A program made the position numbers and the translations under genes. Below the pieces are notes generated by a model that saw nothing but the letters and a program-made list of their open reading frames with translations, was not told where the DNA came from and ran no database searches. A stretch of DNA of 64,000 bases. Source: Octopus vulgaris (lineage: Eukaryota). Shown in pieces: positions 41,737 to 56,288 of the stretch (the first letter of the stretch is position 1; every line of letters begins with the position of its first letter). The stretch spans positions 84,010,001 to 84,074,000 of the forward strand of contig OX597821.1 in assembly GCA_951406725.2 (NCBI GenBank), given 5' to 3'.

Positions 41737-42410
41737 CTCTCTCTCTATATATATATATATATGTATAGACACACATACACATATATACGTACACTAACGA
41801 ACACGTGTGTGTGTAGATGTGTGTATATTTGTATACATGTCTACCGCGGAGTGCAGTGCTAAGAGCAATGATTTGTAAACAACAACAAACCATGAGTCAG
41901 CGGGTGGGGCGGTGGGGCCTCTGAATGCAGTATTGATGTAAGCAGGGCGATACGAGGGAATTCCTCGGCTTTTATTAGCTTGATGACTCACAACTCTCGC
42001 TCTCTCTCTCTCTCTCTCTCGCTCTCTCTTATTCTGTCGCTCTCACTCTTATCTTTCTATTACTTCCTGTTTTCCTCTCTCTCTATCTCTCTCTGTCTCT
42101 CTCATTCCCCCTCTCTCTCTAACATACACACAGAGAAAGCATAAATTCATAATCGCTCATTCTGTGTCTCTATACATCTTTTTCATTTTCGCTCGCTGTC
42201 TCTGTCTCTCTCTATCTTCTTTTCTTTTCCTGTCTATCTCTCTCTCTCTTTCTTGCTCTCTCTCTCTATTTGTCTCTCTCTCTCTTTATTTGTTTCTCTC
42301 TCTCTGTTTTTCTTCTGCTTTATCTTCCGTTTTCTTTTCATTCCTTCTCTCTTTCTTAGTCTTTCTCCCTTTTTTTCAATTTTTCGTACATACACAACGA
42401 CACACACACA

Positions 42411-42466
<56 letters not shown>

Positions 42467-42782
42467 TACGGATATGTATCTACACACATATACGCACTCA
42501 CATACACATACATATTCATACACACACGCATACATATACATACACGCGCATACGTCCCCCTCACACACACACATATTCACTCACGTACGCACACACCCAC
42601 TTTTTCAGAAAGGATAACGCCGTATTAAAAGGTCCCGTGTTTCTTGCTTATACGGAAAAGACGGGATGGTCACAAACGGAGAGCCTTTGATCAGAAGTCT
42701 TCTCGATCAAGACTGACCTGGCACTAAACAACAACAGCTTTAACTGCCAACGGCCCGTTCTCATACGCTTTTCGTTTAGTTT

Positions 42783-43058
42783 TCCCACCACCACCACCAC
42801 CACCACTCTCACCGCCGCCACCACCACCACCACCACTCTCACCGCCGCCACCACCACCACCACCCTCACCGCCGCCACCACCACCACCACCGCCGCCACC
42901 CTCACCGCCACCACTACCACCACCACCACCCTCACCACCCTCACCACCACCACCCTCACCGCCACCACCACCACCACCCTCACCGCCATCACCACCACCA
43001 CCCTCACCGCCATCACTACCACCACCACCCTCACCACCACCACCGCCACCACCACCAT
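42783..43058. repeat. (CCA/CCG)n repeat followed by a pyrimidine-rich tract to about 43915
   Basis: Read directly. Confidence 0.9.
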
Positions 43059-44147
43059 CTTTCACCAATTTTTCTCTAACACACCCTTCCACTTCTCTCG
43101 AGCCTTTCCCATCCGTATCGTAATTTCACATACCCTACCCATCCAGCTACGAACCTTCTTCTCCATCGCCACCCTTATCTCTCTCCAGGCCTCCTCACCC
43201 ACCTTCCTTCTCACCACTCCCATTGACCCATCCTTCAATACGTCCGATTTACGAGTTCTGCCTTTCCTTCACTTTACTCCCACCCACCCCCACTTTCTGC
43301 TTCTTCCACCCCTCACAGTCTCTCCCTCTCTCTCTTTCTGTCTTTCTCTCCTCCTCCCTCCTCTCCCCGTCTATATCTCTCACACATATTGACTCTCCTC
43401 CCTCTCCCTATCTCTCTCTTCTACCACACGTTACATGTACTTCTTTACTTTCTATTTTTCCTTCTCTCTTAACCTCCCCCCCACATCCAACACTCTATCA
43501 CTCTCATTACCTCTCTCTATCTATCTCTCTCTCTCTCTCTCTGCATTTTTGTCTTTCTCTTCACTCTCACAGTCATTTTTCTCTCTCTCCTCCTTCCATC
43601 TATCACACCTTCTCCTCCCCCCCCCCGTCTCCTCTATCGACTCCCCAGTACACCCTTATCTAACCCCCCACCACTTCACTTTCACTTTCTCCCCCTCTCT
43701 CTCTCTCTTTCTCTCTCGCCTCACACACTTTCTCTTCACCCTCAATCTCCCTCCCTCACTTCCTAATTCCCTCTATCTCCCTCACCCACACCTTACATCT
43801 TTCCCTCTTCCAACAACTCTCTCTCTGTATCTCACTCTCCCCGCCCCCCTTACTCTCTCTCTCTGTCTTACTCTCTCTCTCAGTCTCGCTCACTCTTTTC
43901 CCCTTACTTTGTCCCACACTGTACATTGTTCACTCAACTATAGACCCCATCTCATCACCCCACTTTCACATAGCACAAGCGGGAGGGGAGGGGCTTGCAC
44001 AGCCTCACAACTGTAACCATAGTGACAAGCAACAAGGAAACCCCAATAACATACTTGAACTCGAACCCTCGTCACCACTATTACGGCCTTATAAACCATT
44101 ATTACATCAGTGTCTATAGATACAATAATTAAATAACCAGTAATCAA

Positions 44148-45062
44148 TGACTATAGTCAGACCAGTGTTATACTCATTGTCTATGGATACAGTCTATTGT
44201 TAGACAATTGTTGTCTAACTATAGACTATTTTTTTGGCTAAAGTCTATAGTTAGACAATTGTTGTGCTAATGTCTTTGGACAAATTAATGTGATCAATGG
44301 CTTTAGTTAGATCACTATTATGTCAGTGTTTATAGAGAGAATGGTTAGACAATCTCGAGCTGGTCTATAATTAGACAAATCGTTGTGCTATTGTCTATAT
44401 ATGGATTAAGTGCTTTGTGGGAAAATGTATAGTTAAACAAGTTGGGTGAGGGCGAAAAGAGCTGTCTAACTCGGGTGCTGCTTTTATTGGGGTGGCACTT
44501 TTGGTCCGGCTCTAAAAGATTGGGATCCCGGGTGGGGTGGGGCAAACACAAGATCTATCCGGGTGGCACACACTCTAGCTACCCCCACTTAAGTTAGACA
44601 CTTATATTATTATCTATAAGTTAAGTGGCTTCTAGTCAATGCCTGTAGTAAGAACATTGCTTTGGTCTCTGTCCATAGATATTAATTAGATGACCTGTGG
44701 TCAATGGCAACAGTTAGACTATTGTCGTAGTCTATCTATGGAGACTAACTAATCCGACGTTTTGTGGTCAATGGCAATAATCGGCTCATTATCGTGGTTT
44801 CTTTCTATAGATATATTAATCAGATGCCCTGTAGTGAATGTAAATAGTTAGACCAATAGTGGTCTCTGTCAACAGATTCATTAATTAGATGGAGTGGGGC
44901 TAAAGTCTATAGTTAGACAACTGTTTTGTGTCTATAGACAGATTAATTTGGTGATTTATGATCAATAACCAGTTAGACTATTATTGTGTCAGTGTCTTTA
45001 GAGAGACTAATTAGATAGTTTGCAGCTAAAGACTATAGTTAGACAGTTGTGTTATTATCAGT
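44148..45062. repeat. Degenerate minisatellite-like array built on gtctatagttagaca
   Basis: The motif recurs at about 44150, 44192, 44242, 44363, 44427, 44710, 44843, 44905, 44970 and 45030. Confidence 0.7.
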
Positions 45063-46511
45063 ATATAAATTAAATGGAACGGCGAGCTGGCAGAATCGTT
45101 AGCACACCGGGCAAAGTGCTTAACGGCAGTTCATTTGTGTTTACGTTGTGGGTTCAATCTCCACCGAGGTTGATTTCGCCATTTATCATTTCGGGGTCGA
45201 TAAAATAAGTACCAGTTTCACACCGAGGTCGATGTTATTGACTCCCTCCCTCCCCCGAATATGCTGGCCTTGTGCCAAAATTTTAAACTTATATACAAAT
45301 TAAATGCTCTGTGGAAAAAGTGAATAGTTATACAAGTAGCATTGCTGGGTGGTGGCGCGGAGAGCAATCCGTCCCGGGCGACTCTTTTAAAGGGTTGGCA
45401 CTTGTGGATCTGCTCGATGTGCGAGGGGGAGATACAAACTCAAGGGCTGCTCTGGACGGCACACACTCTTGCTACACCACTAAGTTAGACTGTTGTTATG
45501 TCAGGGTCTATATGCAGATTAATTCGATAGTTTCTGGCCAATGCCTACAGTAAGCCCATTGTTGTGGTGTCCGTAAGTTAATGATTGTATTTACGTCAAT
45601 CTGCAGCCGACATTCCACTTAGATATATCATCGAGCGTGTCGACCAAGTCCTTATCCTGTACTTGACTGAGAAACAAAGCCCATCCATTGTTTGTTCGCC
45701 CGCTCCCGCACCGCTGCTCCAATTGAGGACAGTTGGAGTAACCACCTGTCTCATTGAAGATACTTATCGAATGATGAGCAACAGTTACGGACATCCAACT
45801 AACATAAGTCTTAAAGTACATTCCATAAACATACGGAGTGGGACAATTCTCGATGCGTTTTTCGGATAAACATTTTTGATTACCAACCACGACAAATGTT
45901 AGATGCTGCTATCAAACAATCATTAATATTCTATCTTAATTAGCATACAATATCAGATATTGTAATTCAAATACTTATATTTTTTTTCTTGAAACTTAAT
46001 GACGTTTATTTTTATGACTTCGATGTTCGCACCGAAATAAACTTTGCCTCTGATCGTTCCGGAATCGATAAAACAAGTACAACTGAAGTACTGGAGTAGA
46101 TATAATCGGTTGTACTTCAATTGGAAGCATCGTATCTCTGTTTGAAATCAATGATTACATTATGCAAATTGGGCTAAAAAGAATAGCTCCTTTTTATTCC
46201 AATGTATATTTTGAACAGTAATTAATTAGATAATCAGAAATAACACTTAATCATTATTATACACTTATCTTTGTACTAAGTGACGCCTTGTTTGTACACA
46301 CACGCGCGTGCACGCACACACACACACACACACACACACGCGCACACACACGCACACACACATACACACGCACACACACACACACACACACACAATAATG
46401 ATCTATCTTCCTTCATATCTATCTTATCCAAAAGTACATCTCTGTTGATCTACCTATGAACTTAGCTCTCTCTCTCTCTCTTTCCCTCCCTACCCTCTAT
46501 CTTTCCTTCCG

Positions 46512-46550
<39 letters not shown>

Positions 46551-46619
46551 AATATATACACATACACTCCATGTACATATATATATATATATATATGCAT
46601 GCATACACACATATATACA

Positions 46620-46924
46620 CATACACACGTGTATATTTATATATATACATACAAACATACATACATACTTTATATATCACAACACAGGTCTATTAATTCC
46701 TTCATTACTCCACTGACCTTTAACTTTAATAGGTCATCCCTAATAATTCCAGCACACCGCTCTTACTCCTACACTTTCACGCTCTTACACAGTAGCATCC
46801 AATTTTATTTCTTTCATAGACAATTCCCATCATACGCACTTTTAGACGTGGATATCTCCTTTCTTTATTTCACAGAATCCCTCTCTTCTCGTTTCACTTA
46901 AGCTTTCCAGTCGTAACTTCCTGA
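46620..46924. repeat. ~300-bp direct duplication of 50921-51229
   Basis: Near-identical sequence that includes the adjacent microsatellite; the ORF track shows the same peptide twice. Confidence 0.9.
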
Positions 46925-47613
46925 AATGTTTACCAAGACCGTTGAATAAAGTCGTACGTAGATGCAAAACATAATGTCCTGACACTTAGTAGTGTGTAAA
47001 TGTTATGACAGCCTGCAATAAAACGTGAATATAAACGATATAAATTGTTTCAGCCTCTACACACGATCTCAGATCAACTTGGTTAGCAAACAGCTCCGAA
47101 AGTTTATTATTTATTCTACAAGAATTTCACCGTTTCGCCTCTTCATTCGAGCTTTACCGTCTAATTTATAGACCGTAATAAAATACCTTTAGTTATTTTA
47201 TTATGCTTCATCATATTTTATTTATTCATTCAATAAATTTGAACGTCTGTGTAAAGCTGATAATTCTTGACAGCCTGGGAGAAGTATGTATCCCTTTATA
47301 TAAAAGAAAAAACAAATTTAAAAAAAAAAAACTCAGAAAAAATATAAAAGTAAAGAAGAAAGGACTACATATGTAGAACAATGACCTCGCAGCGAGAAGG
47401 GAAGTCACTAAGTTACTGAAAAGGTCGCGAACTGCAACGAAAGAACTTTGACTAAGAAACGATCGATCAATTGTTTAACCAGAACACTAAACAAACAATC
47501 GATTAGTTAGTAGGTTAGATATTTTAACCAATTAGGTAACATTGCAGAAGTGGAATTGAACCTGTGCGTGGTTATTATTTAAGCATTGTGTTCGAGGATG
47601 ATTAAAGGGCTGG

Positions 47614-47664
47614 ATGGGTGCTGATGAAGAGGAAAACCCCACGAAATATGGCCTGTGCACCCAT
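47614..47664 (+). ncRNA. Type I hammerhead motif, decayed at the cleavage site
   Basis: AUGGGUG-CUGAUGA-AGAGGAAAACCCCAC-GAAA-UAUGGCCUG-UG-CACCCAU: perfect 7-bp helix I and canonical core, but G at position 17. Confidence 0.7.
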
Positions 47665-47849
47665 TACACTTTTCTCATCTTCGATCTCATTGTTTGTTTA
47701 CATCGGACATCTCTTAGAAAGAGTCAGTGCTGCTTATAGTTTCTATAAAATATCTGTAGAAATAACCTTCACTAGTAAAGCAAAAAGCGCACTGCTAACA
47801 CAGTAGAACGCGGTTTTGATTATAAAAACATTTAATATAGTTTATAGTA

Positions 47850-48397
47850 TTGGGTTGTCCGGAAAGTTCGTGCCGATTTACAGTAGCTTACCTTTCGACT
47901 TATTTTAGAACATGGTTGAGTACATAAAATAGGATTTGACTACACCTCCATTTAGAACACAGTTTAAGCTATATTTTCGTGGAAGAAGGTTTATGTTCCT
48001 GTAACCCTTTATAATGGAAGATAAGAAAGTTCATTTTCGGCACTTGATACTTTGGGAACCAGACAAAAATTGCTGCAGCTCGGCTGGGATGTGTTACCCC
48101 ACCCGCCATATTCACCAGATATTGCTCCTTCGGATTTCCACTTATTCAGGTCTCTGCAGAATAGTCTTAATGGTAAAAATTTCAATTCCTTGGATGACGT
48201 AAAAAGATACATTGATGAATTCTTTGCCATGAAACCACCTCAATTCTGGGAAGAGGGTATTTTCAAGTTAAAGGAAAGATGGAGACGCATTGTGCAACAA
48301 AATGGTTCATATTTGGTTGATTAAAAATGTAATGGCAAGAATTTATTGACCTTTTTCTTTCCTTTAAAAATCGGCACGAACTTTCCGGACAGTCCAA
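47850..48397 (+). mobile_element. Internally deleted mariner element, same family as 26141
   Basis: TIRs with TA TSD; MEDKKVHFRH fused to GWDVLPHPPYSPDIAPSDFHLFRSL...QNGSY. Confidence 0.92.
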
Positions 48398-48469
48398 TAT
48401 TTTATGATCGCATAACGAAATACTACGTTCCAACAAGTCATTAGTATTTGTGTTGTTATTATTATTGGT

Positions 48470-48890
48470 GTAATCGTTGGCACGCTGGACGAAATGCTTA
48501 GCGATATTTCGCCCGTCGCTACGTTCTGAGTTCAAATTCCGCCGAGGTCGACTTTGCTTTTCATCCTTTCGGGGTCAATAAAGTAAGTACCAAAGAAACA
48601 CTAGGGTCGATGTAATCAACTAGTCCCCACCCTCAAATTTTCCGGCCTTCTGCTTATAGTAGAAAGGATTATTATTGGTGTAATCGTTGGCAGAATCGTT
48701 AGCACGCTGGACGAAATGCTTAGAGATATTTCGCCCGTCGCTACGTTCTGAGTTCAAATTCCGCCGAGGTCGACTTTTTCTTTTATACTTTCAGGGTCAA
48801 TAAAGTAAGTACCAATGAAACACTGGGGCTGATGTAATCGACTATCCCTCTCCTCCAAATTTCAGGCCTTGTATCCATAGTAGACGGGTT
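48470..48890 (+). mobile_element. SINE family B, two tandem copies with the alternative tail
   Basis: Body repeated at about 48480 and 48690. Confidence 0.85.
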
Positions 48891-49405
48891 TATTATTGGC
48901 ATAAGGACTCTCCCAAGAAAGCAACGAAATTTATTTTACGCGCGAAATCGCACTAAAAATCATACAAACCAAATACAAAAAAGCATCTGTTCTTAAATCT
49001 CTTCGTAGCCTCCACCAATTGGAACATCCTCTTTTTGGTTTGAGGATCTTTCAGAATAAATTGCACCACGTACTTTGGTTGCCTTTTAAAGGTAGTTTAA
49101 AAACTGCCATTCTGGAGCACTGCCTAGAAGTGCTTTTGTCGAACAATTTGACCCCAGGACTTATTTTTAAACCTAAAGCTTATTCTATTGGTCTTTTTTA
49201 CGAACCACTAAGTTACGGGAGTCAATAAACACTCCAACACCGGTTGTCAAGCGATGATGGGGGTGGGGACAAACACAGGCACAAAGACACACACTCATAT
49301 ATATGCGTGTGTGTGTGTGTGCGTGAGTGTGTGTGCGTGCGTGCGTGTGTGTGTGTTTGTGTGTGTGTATGTGATTGTGTGTGCGTGTGTGTGGTGTGTG
49401 TGTGC

Positions 49406-49443
<38 letters not shown>

Positions 49444-49740
49444 TTGTGTACGTGTGTGTGTATGTGTGTGTGTGTATGTGTGTGTGTGTGTGTAAATATG
49501 ATATGTGACAATTATTCGGTAGCCATGATAAAACTTCGAGCTTCAGATGTCGGGGCGGAACCCCACGCCGCCATTTCTATCAATATATATATATATATAT
49601 ATATAAAACTACAAATAAGGTTATCTGAGAGATACCCTTATTTATAGTTTTAAATAATTATTACCTTTGTATGGTATTTATTCTCATGCTGGCCACTTGA
49701 TAAGATCGATATTTAAATATCGATATTATCCTTATTTATA

Positions 49741-49777
<37 letters not shown>

Positions 49778-51228
49778 ACATACATGCATGCATGCATACA
49801 TACATACATACATACATACATACATACATACATACATACATACATACATACATACGTACGTACATACATACGTACGTACGTACATACATACATACATACA
49901 TACATACATTCATATATACACACACACATACACACATATATAAATATATACACACACGTGTGTGTGTTCGTGAGTTCGTTCTGAGGGACCAAACCGTTCA
50001 ACGAAAATTCATTCGGACAGTTGTCGTTGTAGAATAATGTACATGGAGTATTCTTTATCCTTATTGGAATAAACTTCAGTGAAGCAGAAATCTTACCTCT
50101 TGGATTAAAATAAAAGACCCACCCACCAAGCCGCCAGAACTACTACCACGGCCACCGCCACAACCAGTACTCTCCACCATCCTCTACCATTCAGTCTCAG
50201 ATCCCTGCAACTTACAGAACAGATCTAATCAGATGAGATAGAATCATATCACATACTCATTTGTGCCTATATAATTTCATTATCTTATCATTATAATCCT
50301 TAATAACCATGCAATTAAAACATTAATTAAACAGATTTCGTCTATGTTGGCCTATTCAGATCGCTTCTCCCCGGGCTCTGGGCTCTGAGCTCTAGGCTCA
50401 GAGCTGAAGAAATATTTTTCTATAAGGGGATTAATACGATCATCTTAATCTGTCTGTTTCGCTAATCCATCTCTCTTTTTCACAATCCACAAGCAATTAC
50501 ATTTTATAAATGTTTTCTTTTTAAAATATATTTTTGTTTATTTTGTGTTTCTGTTTATTTCAGTATACTTTTATCTCGATAAGCTATGATTGATGTATGT
50601 TTACAAACATCAATCGTCTACATTAGTTTGATAGTTTCTTAGTGGTTTCGTAGAAATATTCGCCATTGCTATTCATAATGATGGTCGAAAAACTGATACG
50701 TATTTGTGCGCGTGTGCATATACATATATAGGGAGAATTCACAAGAAAACAGAAGACGAAGACAGCTGGTGTAGACAACAAACAGATGTATTAGTTTAAC
50801 GCTCGGTAAGTGAAGAAAACTTTAACGTTTCGAGTTTACGCTCTTCCACAGAAAGGAACACAGAAAGAAACAAGGAGAGAAAATAAAGAATGTGTAGTGG
50901 CTAGTGTATATACACATACACATACACACGTATATATTTATATATATACATACAAACATACATACATACATACTTTATATATCACAACACAGGTCTATTA
51001 ATTCCTTCATCACTCCACTGACCTTTAACTTTAATAGGTCATCCCTAATAATTCCAGCACACCGCTCTTACTCCTACACTTTCACGCTCTTACACAGTAG
51101 CATCCAATTTTATTTCTTTCATAGACAATTCCCATCATACGCACTTTTAGACGTGGATATCTCCTTTCTTTATTTCACAGAATCCCTCTCATCTCGTTTC
51201 ACTTAAGCTTTCCAATCGTAACTTCCTG

Positions 51229-52443
51229 AATGAAATGTCCGATTTTCTTATGCACCAAGTTTGACAGTCGTTAACTCTAATGTTTAATCCTGACAATTCT
51301 TTGTTTTACGACATTGAAGAGTTACATCATTACTTTTCGAAATGCAATTCATGGTGTCTGATGATATTGTGAGTTTTCTCTCGTAAATCAATTTTTGCGA
51401 ACCCATGGATAGATAAAGAATTCGTGTTGTTTATGAATATGAGTTCCGTCGTGGAACCAATGTATCCCAGACATCTCGAAACATCAGTGAGTAAAGATGT
51501 AACGAATGAGCGCACTGTGCATCGATGGTTTGGAAAGTTTAGGTCTTGTGACTTTACTCTTGAAAATCAGCTCCGTGGTAGACCAGAGAGCAAGGTGGAT
51601 AATGATGAGCTGGAAACTGTAGTGGAAGCAGATACCTCTCAAATTAGCAGCAAGGTTTGATGTTTCGATTGCAGCTGCATTGGACCATCTGAAACAAATC
51701 GGCAAAGTAAAGAAGCTGGACAAGTGGGTACCACACAAACTGAACGAGCATCAAATGACACGTCGTCTTCAGACTTGTTGTTCTTTGCTGTCACGGTACA
51801 AAGAAGAACCATTTTTGCATCTTATTGTTATGTGTGGTGAAAAATGGATTCTTTTCAACGATAGCAAGCGTTCTGCACGGTGGCTGGATAGACACGAAGT
51901 GCCAAAATACAATCCCAAAAAGAATATTCACCAAAAAAGCTAATGGTGTCTGTTTGGTGGTCCAGTACTGGTGTCATCCACTACAGCTTCATGAGACCTA
52001 GCAAGTCAATTACAGAGGATGTATACATCAACCAACTGAACAAAATGGTGAGTGAACTTGCAATTAACCGAGATTGGTAAACAGAGACAGGCCAATTCTC
52101 TTGCAAGACAATGCTCGACCACATCTTGCACAAAGAACACTACTCAAGTTGCAGGAATTGAACTTGGAAGTATTCTGTCATCCACCATATTCACCAGACC
52201 TTGCACCAACCTTTTCCAGGCATTAGACAACTTTTTTCAAGGAAAACACTTCAAATCTGAAGAAGATGAAAATACAGCCTTTCGTGAATTCTTCGCTGCC
52301 GGCATAAATAAACTACCGATAAAATGGCAAGATTGTGTTGATAATTGAGGTGCATACTTTGATTAAATGCATTGCTTTTTGTTGAGATAAAGTAAAATAA
52401 ACTTTCAGTTCAAAACCGGACATTTAATTCTTAATGACCTGAT
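51229..52443 (+). mobile_element. Near full-length, frameshifted mariner transposon
   Basis: WVPHKL, CGEKWILF, LMVSVWW, QDNARPH and HPPYSPDLAP motifs; partial TIRs aaatgtccgatttt / aaaaccggacattt. Confidence 0.9.
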
Positions 52444-53028
52444 ATATATGTCAGGTTCTATACAGGACTGTGTCCTATACAGGACAGTGCTACTGTTGTT
52501 TTTAGCCCCAGAAAGACATCTCCTCCAGCTGGCTAACGACACTAGTATTTGTGAGGGAGGTCATTGCTCCCATCTCTAGCCTTACGTGATACACATGGAC
52601 CCGAGTTTCTGACTGGTTACTCGTCTTCAGCATGCATTAATCACTGGCTAGTGATGAAAACTATTTCCACTCGCAAAATTACTATATGCTTTTCTAGCGA
52701 CTCACTGTCACTGATCTCGTAAAAGAGAGAGATTTGTTATATTAAATCTCTGAGAGAGATATAAACAGTAGCAGTACAGAATCATAAAATATATTTGCCA
52801 ACTAAGTGTGGCGTCCTATACAGGACAATGCTACTGTTGTTTATATCCCCAGGAAGACATCTCCTCCGGCTGGCTAACGACACACAGTCTGTGTCCGATA
52901 CATACATACATACATACATACATACATACATACATACATACATACATACATACACATACATACATGCATACATGCATACATACATACATACATACATTCA
53001 TTCATACATACATACATACATACATACA

Positions 53029-53062
<34 letters not shown>

Positions 53063-53100
53063 CATACATACATATATACATACAAACATACATACATACA

Positions 53101-53134
<34 letters not shown>

Positions 53135-53786
53135 CATACATACATACATATATACATACAAACATAATACATACATACATACGTACATACATACATACAT
53201 ACATACATACATACATACATACATACATACATACATACATACATACATACATACATACAACATATTTTACGTTCGCCCTTGGTCTTGTGGAAGTACAATA
53301 AATGAGTACTCTACAATAAGTACTGTAAATTTTTCAGCATGACGTTGAACTGTTTTTGGTAAAAAGCTAGCTTACCAACCACATGGTTCTGGGTTCAGTT
53401 CCACTGCGTGGCACCTTGGTCAAGAGTCTATTATAGCTGAACAAAGACTTGTGAGCGGATTTAGTAGACAGAAACTGAAAGAAGCTCGTCGTATGTGTGT
53501 GTGTGTGTGTTTGTCCCCCACCATCGCTTGACAACCGATTTTGGTGTGTTTACGCTGCGTTACATAGCGGCTTGTTCGACTAAAGGCGGTGCACCAGTTT
53601 GGCCGCAGTCAAATGAATGAAACAAGGAAATGAGTAAAAGAATAAAAATTGAAATAAGTCGTCATAGAAACAGATATTTGTATATTTGCATATGTATCTG
53701 CATGTGTGTGTGTGTGCGCGCGCGTGTGTGCATGTACACAAGAAGAGCCAGGACATGTATTTATACACACAGGCACACACTTGCAC

Positions 53787-53844
<58 letters not shown>

Positions 53845-53914
53845 TGCTCTGTCTAGTGGACGAATGGCCTGTTAAGGCCATTCCTAAATTGTTATATATA
53901 TATATATCATATAT

Positions 53915-54291
<377 letters not shown>

Positions 54292-54497
54292 ATATATGTA
54301 TATATGTATTATGTATGTATGTATGTATGTTTGTATGTATGTATGTATATTAGTGATAGCATTTTATGTATGCCAGGCTTTTGTATCGCGATATTATTTT
54401 GTGTATATTATTATTGCACGGGGTTTCATCGTGCGACTTTGATCATCATAGATCTGCTCAATCCGGGCTGGCCTGGGGCTAAACAGCAGCAACAACG

Positions 54498-54528
<31 letters not shown>

Positions 54529-54635
54529 TAATAATAATAATGATAAATGACGATAATGATGATGATGAGGAGGAGGAGGATAAATGATGGTGATGATGAT
54601 GATGATGATGATCATGATGATCATGATAAATAATA

Positions 54636-54670
<35 letters not shown>

Positions 54671-54671
54671 A

Positions 54672-54709
<38 letters not shown>

Positions 54710-54732
54710 TGATGATGATGATGATGATGATA

Positions 54733-54770
<38 letters not shown>

Positions 54771-55490
54771 TGATGATGATAATACTAACAATGTTAACAA
54801 CAACAACAGCAACAACAACAACTACTAGTATTGTTACTACTACAATGGCGACGAGTCTAACAACAACAACGACAACAACAACAACAATAGCATCGCCCAC
54901 TCAATGGTTCATTTACTCTTCTAATGGCCTGTTGAAATATTTGGCCAAAGCATTGTAACTACAATATCTTGTTGTGTGTGAATCCGTGGAAAGAATGCAA
55001 GATTTTCTGTTACGCACACACGTACACATACACACACGTACACATACACACACACACATACATACGTACATACATACGTACGTACGTACGTACGTACATA
55101 CATACATGCGTACATGCATTGCTGGTCACTCATAACCTTCAGGGGAAGAGTAAATCATACAAAGTTGATTTGTAGCCGTTGGATCATTTACAAAATTATA
55201 TTCACATGAAATTGACCGGACGTCGTTGACCTTCTGATACTTACTGATTGACGTCTTCATTTCGACCAATAATTTGGACTAAAGACTTGGCGTAACGGAA
55301 TCTGAAACTCGTCAACCATAAAGGCTGCTCTTTGATCGCTTCATTCTGATTTCCACAAAACAGACTTGCATTTAGGGAACGTTTGAAGGTTTGGAGAAGA
55401 AAGAAAAATGAAAAAAGGACCTTTCACGACCTACTATAAACGAACAGCTAGCAGCGGCAAAGAGACAGAAAGAGAAGAAGAAGAAGAAGA

Positions 55491-55521
<31 letters not shown>

Positions 55522-55717
55522 CGAAGCTCTGTGTGTGTGTGTGTGTGTGTGTGGTTCTGAAGGAAAAGCGGGAGTTTCCTATCAATGAATTATGGTGGCG
55601 AAACGCAATCACCTGTGACAAGACTGGACAGCTTATTATTAATGAGGGACGAATATTCTGGAAAAAAATGTTGAAGTATATTACTTCGTGTAATGCTGGA
55701 CACACATGATACTCGGG

Positions 55718-55751
<34 letters not shown>

Positions 55752-55785
55752 ACTACTACTAAGCTCTAGATCAACTCTGATTAAG

Positions 55786-55846
<61 letters not shown>

Positions 55847-55992
55847 AGATTAATCAGCCGAAATTGCGAAGATGATCTGGTTCTTGACTGATGACTGAGA
55901 GCTTCGAAAGTCCCGTCTGTGTGTTTTTTTTTTGTCGTCTTCAAAATGTTTCACGTTCTTGTTCCAGTTTGTGTTTTTTTTTTTTTTTTAAC

Positions 55993-56028
<36 letters not shown>

Positions 56029-56201
56029 ACGTTTCATAGACGTTTCAGCCAGTCTTTTGGTATATCTACGAACATATTGTCCAAATCTCTCCTTTCTTTT
56101 TTGAAGATGGTAGAATATAATAAGAGGGAATTTGGCTGCAATCTCTTTCGATTTCAACGTTGTGAGTGAACTTGGTTGACGGAAATTGAAAGAGCCCATC
56201 G

Positions 56202-56284
<83 letters not shown>

Positions 56285-56288
<4 letters not shown>

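Noticed and set aside
49525-49585. Very degenerate HHR-like shapes at 17250-17305, 49525-49585 and 58020-58050 (all minus)
   Set aside because: Three or more core deviations each; not distinguishable from chance without a family consensus.
50097-50204. 108-nt segment bounded by AG and GTAAG on the minus strand
   Set aside because: Stop codons in all three frames; no support as a coding exon.
55855-55920. CUGAUGA/CUGAAGA with nearby GAAA in the repeats at 17490, 17745, 34915, 55860 and 56800
   Set aside because: I could not form helices I-III in a valid hammerhead topology.
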